Virus record (IMG/VR): IMGVR_UViG_3300032265_002113
Coordinates: 2,257-66,256 of that record
DNA: 64,000 bases
From: a virus
Direction: 5' to 3' (one strand)
How positions within the stretch are numbered: the stretch's first letter is position 1; the number at the start of each line of letters is the position of its first letter. Shown piece after piece: positions 37,401-46,030 of this stretch. Below the pieces are notes generated by a model, which did not search any database, was not told the DNA's origin, and saw nothing but the letters and a program-made list of their open reading frames with translations. Made by a program: the position numbers and the translations under genes.

Positions 37401-39718
37401 ATAAGCGTTGGGCTAAAGAAGATATTACAGATTTAGAAACTCGTGTTAATAATTTGGAATATTATACTTCTCTGAGTATCTTAGAACAGAAAGCTAGTTC
37501 TTTACAGATTCCTGATGCTAATGGTTTAAATCGTTTCAAAAATGGTATTTTGGTTGATGATTTTTCATCGTTTGGAACAGCAGATACACAGAATCCAGAT
37601 TATGCGGCGAATATCAATGTTCGTAAAAATCAATTAACAGCATTGCAATTGGTTGACAATTTCCAATTACAAAATCCTGTTGTTCTTGCAAGTTTGGGAA
37701 CAGTAGCAAATACAAATAGTTATAGAATCAATAGTATCAATGGTGCTCAGACAAATCTATTTACTTTACCATACACAACAGAAAATGTTGCTGTTCAACC
37801 TTTAGCAAGTAGCACAGTTTCTGTCAATCCATTCAATGTTACAATACAAGAGGGCTTATTGCAAATGAACCCTCCAATGGACAATTGGGTAGATAACAAT
37901 CAAGCACCAGCAATTCTAATTACTGATCCTAATTTCCAAGTGTATCAGGCTACAACCGGTGTTAACTTATTGAACTCAGGAGATTATCAAACTATTCCTG
38001 GTACTTTAGGAACAACAAGTAGAACTAGCACAAGTTCTGTTAATAATGGTGCTTCTACAACAATCACAACAAGCACGACAACACAAACATATGCAAGTCA
38101 AATACAAAATGTTACTTCGGGCGCATATAATCCTACTTCTTCCACATTTGGAGTAAGTAATGGATATTTGACAAATATTGCACTATTGCCTTACATCAGA
38201 CCACAACAAATTATTATTCGTGCAGCTGGTTTATTGGTTAACTCAAACGTATCAACATTCTTTGACGGTGTAGATGTATCTAAATATATGACTGCACCAA
38301 ATACAATTGAATTGACTGGTGTTTCTGGAACATTCAACAATGATGATATTGTTGGTTTCTATATTGCAAACGTATTTTATCCAATTGCTCGTGTAACAAC
38401 TGTTTATTATTATACAGACACATCAAAAGTTCGTTTGTATGTTGCTGACATTATTGGTGTACCCAATTTATTAGGTTCAACAACACTAAGAAATGCAACA
38501 TTTGATTCTACAGGTAATTACTTGGCTTCTTCAGCATCTGGTACAGTAGCTTCCAGTTCCGTAATAAGCATAAGTCAAAGTGGTTCTATTAGTGGTGTTG
38601 GTGGTGGTTGGTCAAATACATTGAATGGTGGTGTTACAACACAAATATTTGGAACACCAATTGTGCAAGGTTACTCATCATTACTAAACAATTATGGTGT
38701 TTGGGGTGATGGAACCAATAGCACCTCTTTCAATTTTACTTCACCTGTTACATTCACTACTGCTGGAACATATACTATAGAAGTTGGTGCATCAGGGTCA
38801 TCTACAGTTTATGCGAATGGTACAAGCATTGGTACTTCATTATCAAGTACACCTGCATCCACAACAACTTTCACCTATACAGTATCAACTGTACCGGCAA
38901 CAGTAAAAATTGGATGGTCGGCAACAAGTTCAGGTACAACAACCTCTGCTTTTGGTATGACGATTAAAGATCCAACAAACAGCATTGTATACACCTCAAT
39001 TAATCCTCCAGTTACATATACTAATGCAGGAACTTCTGTTAATATGCCAGCAGGAGGACAATGGTTTGTAGGTGCAACTCAATTAAGATTGGATCCAGCC
39101 ACTGCGTCAAATGTTTCGACCTATTATGTGGGTTCCACCATTAATATCACATCAAAATATGTTTACAGTTTTGATGTGTCGGCAACATATGTTCCACCTG
39201 CACCAAAACCTTCCGGTGGTGGCGGCGGAGGTAAAATTATCTGTACTAAACTATATCAATTAGGACTAATGGATGAATCAATCTACAAAGCAGACCAAGA
39301 ATTTGGTGAATTGTTAAGATTGAATGATCCTGCAGCTTACTACGGATATATTCGTTGGGCTACTGTTGTTGTTGATTGGATGTCTGGTGAAGGTCCACAA
39401 TGTATGTTCTGGATTAAAGATGACAAGAAGCGTTCAGAAATTCAAGCTAAACTTGCAACAAAATGGGCTCACAGAATTGCAACACCTTGGGCTGAACACA
39501 TGGCATATGTAATGGGTAAGAGAGATAAAGATAATCTCGCTGGTAAAATTATTATGAACATTGGTAAACCAATTAGTAAAATAGTCAACTTATTACCAAG
39601 AAAAGACAAGCAAGCTGGCATAGTAACAGGTTACGGAATGTGGGCATTATTTGCTTTCTTATATACAATTAGTAAAATCTTTGGTGATAAATCATTTCCT
39701 AAGACAATAAATACTTAA
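34409..39718 (+). CDS. DUF4815/VrlC-like large virion structural protein, N-terminal part, ending in a KIICT module
   Basis: N--PYFDDFD--KNF-RILFKPG-AVQARELTQ-Q-ILQNQ, APGADR, LEYYTSL, RFKNG-LVD-F; C-terminal GGGGGGKIICT domain. Confidence 0.85.
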   Translation: MSLNFNVGPYFDDFDPSKNFHRILFKPGYAVQARELTQSQTILQNQISEFASAIYSTNTPVSGGQVTINQNCYFIKLNTTYNGVTVTAQNFAGQIIQDTTGTILARVIATAETTTSGSTVGDPPTLIVSYLSGAQFTDGSVITTTTGATYYASVATSTSTVVNGVTTTSPSTGLSSTASIANGVFYVVNGYSISNSTGVQYSIGNFVDVNPQTIILDKYDNIPSYRVGLQITETIYDYINDSSLLDPAIGASNYQAPGADRYVITLTLVTLPLTLGNDDNFIELVRIQNGNILKQVDGTVYSTIDDYFAKRDYETNGDYIVNDFKLTPSANSTSNATYDLSISKGIAYVHGYRVENQSDIKLTNTRAQDVANISNNPVYADYGNYFVVDTSNGIFDISTMPQVDLHCVPAANIVSTNTTTYSSTVVGTAFMRNITYASGTGTTTKNYVYNAYISDFSANTLSGNVTSGTATTFTINDTNGSFSATSNAYFNVTVSMNTGGIIDLRNITSYNGASKVVNVSSPFTVTPTSTSTFSLIYQNYDVESIVKTAGSGSYALTANVNINAAGGKVNGLANTDTILYSQVAPEMIFKIGYPYVAQLTTTSYFTQSVYRQKTFTGNTLTLQATSGNASNPLRFEGTSTLSSSAAQQLFMVIDNATGNILDFTSSGNTISISSDKTQATFTVGSGVGTNKNVTIIAQVQASSGDSSSYVLKSKSLVTGNTITVGTLAAVSGTNSYQDLTKGQITISKTDFTVSGKMSLYVNDVKKITKIVDSGVAGTNPTGALSNYTDVTNYYTLDNGQRDNYYDHASISLVAGAPPPTGNILVVVDYYSHTQASSGDGYFSIQSYNTSGSTYGGVSSSAEAYAQIGTYTAKSGIQYPLRDCIDFRPCRVNGQTAYIWEYSGTQSSTNDIGMLIPNNLSNFTGFYQYYLGRKDKLVLTKDKSFNIIKGTPSVNPLLPNEPSGSMIIANLIHDPYTAYVPGEGTPGVPSNLSVNKIIHKRWAKEDITDLETRVNNLEYYTSLSILEQKASSLQIPDANGLNRFKNGILVDDFSSFGTADTQNPDYAANINVRKNQLTALQLVDNFQLQNPVVLASLGTVANTNSYRINSINGAQTNLFTLPYTTENVAVQPLASSTVSVNPFNVTIQEGLLQMNPPMDNWVDNNQAPAILITDPNFQVYQATTGVNLLNSGDYQTIPGTLGTTSRTSTSSVNNGASTTITTSTTTQTYASQIQNVTSGAYNPTSSTFGVSNGYLTNIALLPYIRPQQIIIRAAGLLVNSNVSTFFDGVDVSKYMTAPNTIELTGVSGTFNNDDIVGFYIANVFYPIARVTTVYYYTDTSKVRLYVADIIGVPNLLGSTTLRNATFDSTGNYLASSASGTVASSSVISISQSGSISGVGGGWSNTLNGGVTTQIFGTPIVQGYSSLLNNYGVWGDGTNSTSFNFTSPVTFTTAGTYTIEVGASGSSTVYANGTSIGTSLSSTPASTTTFTYTVSTVPATVKIGWSATSSGTTTSAFGMTIKDPTNSIVYTSINPPVTYTNAGTSVNMPAGGQWFVGATQLRLDPATASNVSTYYVGSTINITSKYVYSFDVSATYVPPAPKPSGGGGGGKIICTKLYQLGLMDESIYKADQEFGELLRLNDPAAYYGYIRWATVVVDWMSGEGPQCMFWIKDDKKRSEIQAKLATKWAHRIATPWAEHMAYVMGKRDKDNLAGKIIMNIGKPISKIVNLLPRKDKQAGIVTGYGMWALFAFLYTISKIFGDKSFPKTINT
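39706..39713 (+). promoter_or_regulatory. late promoter-like motif before the second half of the split structural gene
   Basis: AATAAATA, same type as the motifs before gp25 and gp8. Confidence 0.5.
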
Positions 39719-39737
39719 TAAAATTTTGGAAAAATAA

Positions 39738-41939
39738 ATGACAACACTTTATCGCTCAAGTCTTTACACCTATACCGCAACCATTACGGCGTATGATCCA
39801 GTAACAAAACTGGTTACACTTGATACTCCTGTAAATTTATCTTTAGGTACAAATACACAAATGGGTGGAGACATTAGTTCTCGTTATTCTATTTCTGGCA
39901 ACTTAACTAAAATTAATTCGGCAGTACAAGCAGGAACTGCGTTAGCTAAACCATCGACAGATGAAGCTGGTAATTTTGTTGGTATTTTCAATGTTCCTTC
40001 TACAAAATTCCAAACAGGAAGTAGAGTATTTCGTGTAGATAATAGAACCGTATCTAGTGATCCATCAACAGCAACAAGTTATGCACAAGGAACATTTACT
40101 GCTTCAGGTCTTTCAACAACTTCACAAAAATTAGATTTTGCAGCTTCAATTGATTCATCTAAGTCTGTATTTACACAAGTAAATCAAAAATCAAATCAAC
40201 TAATCAGCACGGTCACAAACACAAGTTCTATTACTCTTGCTAATCCATTTGCTGGTGGTGGTGATCCTGTTTGCCAAACATTTATTGTTTCAAAAGATAA
40301 CTATCCTAATGGTATTTTCTTATACTCAATTAAATTGTTTTTCTACTCAAAACCCGGAACTAATATTCCAGTAAAACTTAGTATTTTACCTACAGTTAAT
40401 GGTTATCCTGGTGGAGCTGCTTTAGATTATTCTACAGTATTATTGCTTCCAAATCAAGTAAATACATCCAGTACACCACATTATTTGGATCCAAGTGCAT
40501 ATACAGAATTTGTTTTTGACGCACCGGTTTATATTCAATCTAATGTATTATATGGATTCATGGTTCAATCATCATCTAAAGATTATGTATTGTATTACGG
40601 TCAACAAAATCAAATAGCAGTACCGTCAACAGCAAAAGCTAATGTGAATGATGCAAATCCAACCAATCCAACAAAAATTGGTGCGGCACCTTATGTCGGC
40701 GCATTGTTTGAATCACAAAATGGTATTACATGGACTGCTGACCAAACAAAAGATTTGATGTTTGTTATTGATAAATGTGTATTCTCAACAACTTCAGCTT
40801 CTGTTCAATTTACTATTCCAAAAGGTTTGCCATTTAGAAAAATGGGTCATCAAGATATTTTGAATAAATTGGATGCAAATAGTGCTTCGCAAATATTTGG
40901 TAACTATTCACCAAGTAGAGTTTATGATGCAATGAATCTTACAACAACCGACCTTACGCCAACCGGTACAAACATCAATTATTCTTATGCCGGAACACTA
41001 AGTACAGGAAATGTACCAACAGGAACAAACTCAGTTACTCCTGGAAGATTAGGTAGTCCTTTACCTGATGACATTTATTTGAATGATGGTAATGGAGAAA
41101 GAACCCTATTGAAATATTCAAACAGTTCGTTCTCGTTGTATGCAACAATGGCAACAAGCGATCCTAACGTAACTCCAATCATTTCGGACGATGGTGTTAC
41201 GATGTATGCAATATCATATGTCATCAATAACATGGGAATTGGTAATAATGTTATATCTATTACCAATCCAGGTTATGGTTATAATGTCAATGCAACAACA
41301 ATATCAATTTCGAGTCCAGATGTTGGTTCAAATGTTGCAACATTAGGATTTACCGCAAACGCAAACGGTGCGATTACCTCCGTGTATACAATTACACCAG
41401 GTTCAGGTTATCTAACAACACCAACAATTACAATTTCGAATCCAGCTACTCGCGGAGGAAATGCAAATGCCGTGGTTACAGTAACTGGTGAAACTTCATC
41501 AAAAGGTGGTAACTCATACGCAAAATATTTCACCAAGAAAGTTGTTCTTGCACCAGGAAATGATTCAGGAGATTTGCGTGTATTCTACACTGCTTATAAA
41601 CCATTAGGTACAGCAATTTACGTTTACTATAAGATTTTGAATTCATTAGATACGGCACCATTCGAATCAGGTAACTGGCAGTTAATGACAACTATGCAAA
41701 ATCCGAATACATATTCTACGTCTAGAACTGATTTGTACGAGTATGAATGTGCTCCTGGTATTTTTGCGAGTAATCAAGCAAATAACAGCATTAGTTACAC
41801 TAGTGCAACAACTGGTCAAAAATATTCATCATTTATTCAATTTGCAATTAAAATAGTTTTAGCAACAAGTGATAATACTAATGTTCCATTCTTAACAGAC
41901 CTTCGTGCATTAGCATTACCAGCAGGAACAGGAATCTAA
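39738..41939 (+). CDS. DUF4815/VrlC-like structural protein, C-terminal part
   Basis: TD--G---G-F--P---F-TG-R-F, DP--QTF, G-LF-SQNG-TWTADQ--DL-F, FAIKIVL...DLRALAL. Confidence 0.85.
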   Translation: MTTLYRSSLYTYTATITAYDPVTKLVTLDTPVNLSLGTNTQMGGDISSRYSISGNLTKINSAVQAGTALAKPSTDEAGNFVGIFNVPSTKFQTGSRVFRVDNRTVSSDPSTATSYAQGTFTASGLSTTSQKLDFAASIDSSKSVFTQVNQKSNQLISTVTNTSSITLANPFAGGGDPVCQTFIVSKDNYPNGIFLYSIKLFFYSKPGTNIPVKLSILPTVNGYPGGAALDYSTVLLLPNQVNTSSTPHYLDPSAYTEFVFDAPVYIQSNVLYGFMVQSSSKDYVLYYGQQNQIAVPSTAKANVNDANPTNPTKIGAAPYVGALFESQNGITWTADQTKDLMFVIDKCVFSTTSASVQFTIPKGLPFRKMGHQDILNKLDANSASQIFGNYSPSRVYDAMNLTTTDLTPTGTNINYSYAGTLSTGNVPTGTNSVTPGRLGSPLPDDIYLNDGNGERTLLKYSNSSFSLYATMATSDPNVTPIISDDGVTMYAISYVINNMGIGNNVISITNPGYGYNVNATTISISSPDVGSNVATLGFTANANGAITSVYTITPGSGYLTTPTITISNPATRGGNANAVVTVTGETSSKGGNSYAKYFTKKVVLAPGNDSGDLRVFYTAYKPLGTAIYVYYKILNSLDTAPFESGNWQLMTTMQNPNTYSTSRTDLYEYECAPGIFASNQANNSISYTSATTGQKYSSFIQFAIKIVLATSDNTNVPFLTDLRALALPAGTGI

Positions 41940-41940
41940 A

Positions 41941-42162
41941 ATGGAAGTAGTAAGAGTTACTGGAACAAATTTTGTTCGTGATATAAACAGTAGAGCTCTT
42001 TTGCCTACAGATAATACAGAAAAAAATGAGTATTATGCTAAGCTTAGGATGGTAAAGAACCAAAAAGAAGAAATAAATAAAGTAAAATCAGAAATAGATT
42101 GCATCAAAACGGACATGAGTGAAATAAAATCTTTGTTGCAACAATTACTAAAAAAAGGTTAA
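41941..42162 (+). CDS. small coiled-coil protein following the VrlC-like gene
   Basis: VRD--S-A and EIKSLLQQLL. Confidence 0.75.
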   Translation: MEVVRVTGTNFVRDINSRALLPTDNTEKNEYYAKLRMVKNQKEEINKVKSEIDCIKTDMSEIKSLLQQLLKKG

Positions 42163-42163
42163 G

Positions 42164-44866
42164 ATGGCAAATACAGTTAATATTTTAGGTTTCGCCAACA
42201 CATTTGGTGACTGGATTGTTGCAACAAATGCCGATTCAAATGAAATCAACTCAATCGGTAAATATGATTGGACAAAAGATTCCGGAACTTTAATTCTAAA
42301 TGGTGCAGGCACATCTTTATCCGTTGGCAATAATGCAATCATTTCTGGCCAACTACAAGTTACCGGTACATCTTCTTCTGCAACTATAGACAACAATTTA
42401 ACTGTTGGTAAACAAGTATATTTCACAAACACTTCACAGAGTTTGGTTGCAAGCGGCACAATCACTTCTAACGGAACTATTTTTGCTACAAATACAGGCA
42501 CTAGTTTATCAGTATCTAACAATTCGACCTTAGGTGGAACACTAGCTGTTTCTGGTACAACAACCATTTCTAATACAATCAATGTATTGGGTGCAACAAC
42601 ATTACAAAATTCATTGACTGTTGGTGCTGGAGCAGGAATTACAGGAAATGTAAGTATAACAGGAAACACTTATACATCATTTTTAACTTCAAATAATAGA
42701 ATTAATGCTGGCCAATTAACAGTAACTTCAAATGGTAATTTTGGAGGTTCCATTATTGCAGCAACAAGCGCAGTTGTTAATGGTTATGATATTATTGCAT
42801 ACATCTTAGGAGCATTTACACAAGCTAATTCAGCTTATGGTTCTCAAAATACTACCGGAATATATTCCAATTCGGCATTTAGTTTTGCCAATTCTTCGTA
42901 TTTGTTTGCTAATAATCTACAGTCTGGTGCTCAAACAATCAATAATATGACATTGACTGGATCATCACTTTCAGCAACAAATGCTGTTGGTGCTTTTCAA
43001 TCATTGACAACATCAGGTTCAGTAACTGTTGGCGGTTCTTTTGTACTTAATGGAACAGTTGTTTATACAACAAATAATTTTGTAATAAATGCAAACACAA
43101 ATACACCTGTTATAAGTTATTTTAGTGTTAATAGAGGTACTGCAAATAATCAACCAACTGGTATTCCAAATGCCAATGCGACTATACGTTGGTATGAAAC
43201 AGGTAAATATTTTGATATTTTAGATGTAAACAATGGTACACAGTACTCACAAATCATGACTGCAAATATGATTTCTGATAGTACAACATCAACAAGCACA
43301 ACAACAGTACCAACAAATAAAGTTTTAACTGGTGCTTTTATCCAAGCAAATGCCGCTTTTAGTGCTGCTAATACGGCGGCTCTATCTGCACAACCTGCGT
43401 TTACACAAGCAAATTCAGCATATCAATCTCAAAATACGACAGGCACTTATGCTAACTCTGCATATTTGGCGGCAAATAATGCCAACGCTAATGCAATAAC
43501 ATCTGGTGCTTATGCTAACTCAGCATTTAGTGCTGCTAATACGGCGGCTTTATCTGCACAACCTGCATTTATTCAGGCAAATGCTGCATATACACAAGCA
43601 AATACAGCAACAACAAATGCAGCTACAGCAGACACTAAAGCAGTAACAGCTGGTTCTTATGCAAATTCTGCATTTACTACAGCGAATAATGCACTACCAA
43701 GAACTGGTGGTACTTTATCTGGTGATTTGGGTGTTACTGGTAACCTATTTGTTAATGGAACTTCTTCATATATCAATGTTTCTACATTCCAAACAGTTGA
43801 CTCATTGATTGAATTAGCTGCAAACAATTTATCAGATACAATCGATATTGGTTTCTACGGACAATATGCAAGTGTGGGTACAAAATATGCAGGTTTAGTA
43901 AGAAGTGCTGCAAGTAACTTTTATCTGTTCCAAGGTATAGCAACAAATCCAACAAGTAACTCAGTTGGAGCCATAGCATTCGCAAACTATGGAACTTTAA
44001 ATGCAAATATTGCTGCAGGACAAATAACTTCTTCACAACCTTTACCCGTTACATCTGGTGGTACAGGTGTTACAACAAGTACAGGAACAGGTTCAAATGT
44101 ATTATCAACCAGTCCTTCTATATCGAGTCCAACCTTTACAACACCAATTCTTGGTACTCCACAATCAGGTAACTTATCAAACTGTACATTCCCAACATTG
44201 AATCAAAATACCACTGGTACTGCTGCTGGTCTTTCATCAACTCTTGCTGTTGCTTCTGGTGGTACAGGTGTTACATCAAGTACAGGAACTGGTTCAGTTG
44301 TATTGTCAAACAGTCCTTCACTAACAAGTCCATCTCTTACAACCCCTACTCTTGGTACTCCAGCATCTGGTAATTTATCAAACTGTACATTCCCAACTTT
44401 AAATCAAAACACATCAGGTACTGCCGGCGGTTTATCAGGAACTCCAAACATTACTGTTGGAACAATTAATGGTGGTAATTCACAACTTAATTCTTTAGGT
44501 ATTAATACGGCATCATCAGGAACTGCTGGTGAAATCAGAGCAACAGGAAACATTACTGCATACTATTCTGATGATAGACTAAAAACAAAATTAGGAAATA
44601 TCACAGGTGCATTGAGTAAAATTAAGACACTTAATGGTTTCTACTATGAAGCGAATCAAACTGCACAAGATTTGGGTTACAAAGTAAGGCGTGAAGTTGG
44701 TGTTTCTGCACAAGAAGTACAATCAATTTTACCTGAAATTGTTTCTCCAGCACCTATAGATGCTCAATATTTAACAATCGATTATGAACGTCTTGTGCCA
44801 TTGTTGATTGAAGCTATCAAGGAATTAAGTGACCAAGTAGAAGAACTGAAGGCAAAACTACCGTAA
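42164..44866 (+). CDS. tail fibre with C-terminal intramolecular chaperone (peptidase S74-like)
   Basis: ANxA heptads, GGTG repeats, YSDDRLK...GVSAQEV---LPE-V...YERLVPLLIEAIKEL. Confidence 0.85.
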   Translation: MANTVNILGFANTFGDWIVATNADSNEINSIGKYDWTKDSGTLILNGAGTSLSVGNNAIISGQLQVTGTSSSATIDNNLTVGKQVYFTNTSQSLVASGTITSNGTIFATNTGTSLSVSNNSTLGGTLAVSGTTTISNTINVLGATTLQNSLTVGAGAGITGNVSITGNTYTSFLTSNNRINAGQLTVTSNGNFGGSIIAATSAVVNGYDIIAYILGAFTQANSAYGSQNTTGIYSNSAFSFANSSYLFANNLQSGAQTINNMTLTGSSLSATNAVGAFQSLTTSGSVTVGGSFVLNGTVVYTTNNFVINANTNTPVISYFSVNRGTANNQPTGIPNANATIRWYETGKYFDILDVNNGTQYSQIMTANMISDSTTSTSTTTVPTNKVLTGAFIQANAAFSAANTAALSAQPAFTQANSAYQSQNTTGTYANSAYLAANNANANAITSGAYANSAFSAANTAALSAQPAFIQANAAYTQANTATTNAATADTKAVTAGSYANSAFTTANNALPRTGGTLSGDLGVTGNLFVNGTSSYINVSTFQTVDSLIELAANNLSDTIDIGFYGQYASVGTKYAGLVRSAASNFYLFQGIATNPTSNSVGAIAFANYGTLNANIAAGQITSSQPLPVTSGGTGVTTSTGTGSNVLSTSPSISSPTFTTPILGTPQSGNLSNCTFPTLNQNTTGTAAGLSSTLAVASGGTGVTSSTGTGSVVLSNSPSLTSPSLTTPTLGTPASGNLSNCTFPTLNQNTSGTAGGLSGTPNITVGTINGGNSQLNSLGINTASSGTAGEIRATGNITAYYSDDRLKTKLGNITGALSKIKTLNGFYYEANQTAQDLGYKVRREVGVSAQEVQSILPEIVSPAPIDAQYLTIDYERLVPLLIEAIKELSDQVEELKAKLP
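44041..44440 (+). repeat. 201-nt tandem duplication (67 aa) inside the fibre gene
   Basis: SGGTGVT-STGTGS-VLS-SPS...LGTP-SGNLSNCTFPTLNQNT-GTA-GLS occurs twice, 201 nt apart. Confidence 0.85.
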
Positions 44867-44912
44867 AAAATATCATAAATATGATGAGTGCAGAAATTAA
44901 AAGGTACAAAAA

Positions 44913-45278
44913 ATGGCCGCAGGATATTCAGACCAATATTTGGAACAAGGTTCCACTTTTACATCCCAATTAACCTTAGCTGACGATTACGGAAATCCAT
45001 ATAATCTTACGGGTTTTACCGTATCGTCTAGGGCTAAAAAATCATATACTACTGCCAATGTTGCGTTCAATCTAACAACATCTATTACTAGTGCAAATAA
45101 TGGAATTATAACACTCTCACTGGATGCACCAACAACGGCAAACATTCCATATGGCAAATATGTATATGATGTTATCACAACAAGTGTAACCAATCAAGTT
45201 TCTCGCGTACTAGAAGGACAAATTTATGTATCTCCAGGAGTTACTGGTGTAACGAATTCTTATGGTACAGATGCATAA
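44913..45278 (+). CDS. small virion structural/adaptor protein
   Basis: EQG-TF, NLTG-T, G-YVYDV, RVLEG-I-V-PGV; CATAAATA late promoter at 44874. Confidence 0.75.
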   Translation: MAAGYSDQYLEQGSTFTSQLTLADDYGNPYNLTGFTVSSRAKKSYTTANVAFNLTTSITSANNGIITLSLDAPTTANIPYGKYVYDVITTSVTNQVSRVLEGQIYVSPGVTGVTNSYGTDA

Positions 45279-45676
45279 TGGCAACAGTAGTAGTAACTCC
45301 TTTATCACAAATTAATGTAAGGGTTGGGCCAGGTTCACCGGCAGCTGTACAGTCTACTGCACAATTTGTAGGTGCTTCAGACCAAACTGCACAAATTCAA
45401 CGCATTTATGATGTTGCCAATGCAGCTTCAGCTACTGCAAATACTGCTTTATCACAAGTTGGTGCAGCTTTTCTTAAAGCAAATTCAGCTTACGCCAGTC
45501 AAAATACTACTGGTACTTATGCCAATTCGGCTTATTTTAGCCAAAACACGACTGGAATTTATGCAAACTCCGCCTATTCAAGTCAAAACACCACTGGAAT
45601 TTATGCAAATTCAGCATTTACTGCTGCAAATACAGCTGCTTCCGATGCATTAGCATATGCGATTGCATTAGGTTGA
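45278..45676 (+). CDS. short fibre-like protein with ANxA heptads
   Basis: SQNTTG-YANSA repeats; C-terminal ALAYAIALG. Confidence 0.75.
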   Translation: MATVVVTPLSQINVRVGPGSPAAVQSTAQFVGASDQTAQIQRIYDVANAASATANTALSQVGAAFLKANSAYASQNTTGTYANSAYFSQNTTGIYANSAYSSQNTTGIYANSAFTAANTAASDALAYAIALG

Positions 45677-45702
45677 TAAATATAAGTTATTAGGAAACAA
45701 AA

Positions 45703-46029
45703 ATGGCAAATAGTTTTAAAAATTATGGAGCAGCCGCAGTAGGAATATCCACAACGGTGGTATATACAGCCAATACTGGAGTTCAAGCAACCATTATTGG
45801 TATGTCAGTTGCGAATATATTAAATAATTCAATAACCGCAAATGTTATTGTAAATATTAGCAATTCTAATTTTTATATGGTTAAAAATGCTCAAGTTGAT
45901 CCTGGTAGTGCTTTAATTCCAATAGGTGGAGGACAAAAATTAGTATTAGAAGCTGGTGATTCAATTTCAGTAAATACAAACACAGCTTCTTCAGTTGATG
46001 TAATATTGAGTCTATTAGAAATAAGTTAA
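45703..46029 (+). CDS. small beta-sandwich virion adaptor protein
   Basis: MANSFK...IIG---AN...KLVLEAGD-I...DV-LS-LE pattern. Confidence 0.75.
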   Translation: MANSFKNYGAAAVGISTTVVYTANTGVQATIIGMSVANILNNSITANVIVNISNSNFYMVKNAQVDPGSALIPIGGGQKLVLEAGDSISVNTNTASSVDVILSLLEIS

Positions 46030-46030
46030 C

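Noticed and set aside
39150-39770. Group I intron, canonical intein or stop-codon readthrough at the split structural gene
   Set aside because: No recognisable P7/catalytic-core sequence, no Hint-type C-terminal HN-C/S/T motif, and the two ORFs are in different frames. RNA splicing is not formally excluded without RT-PCR.
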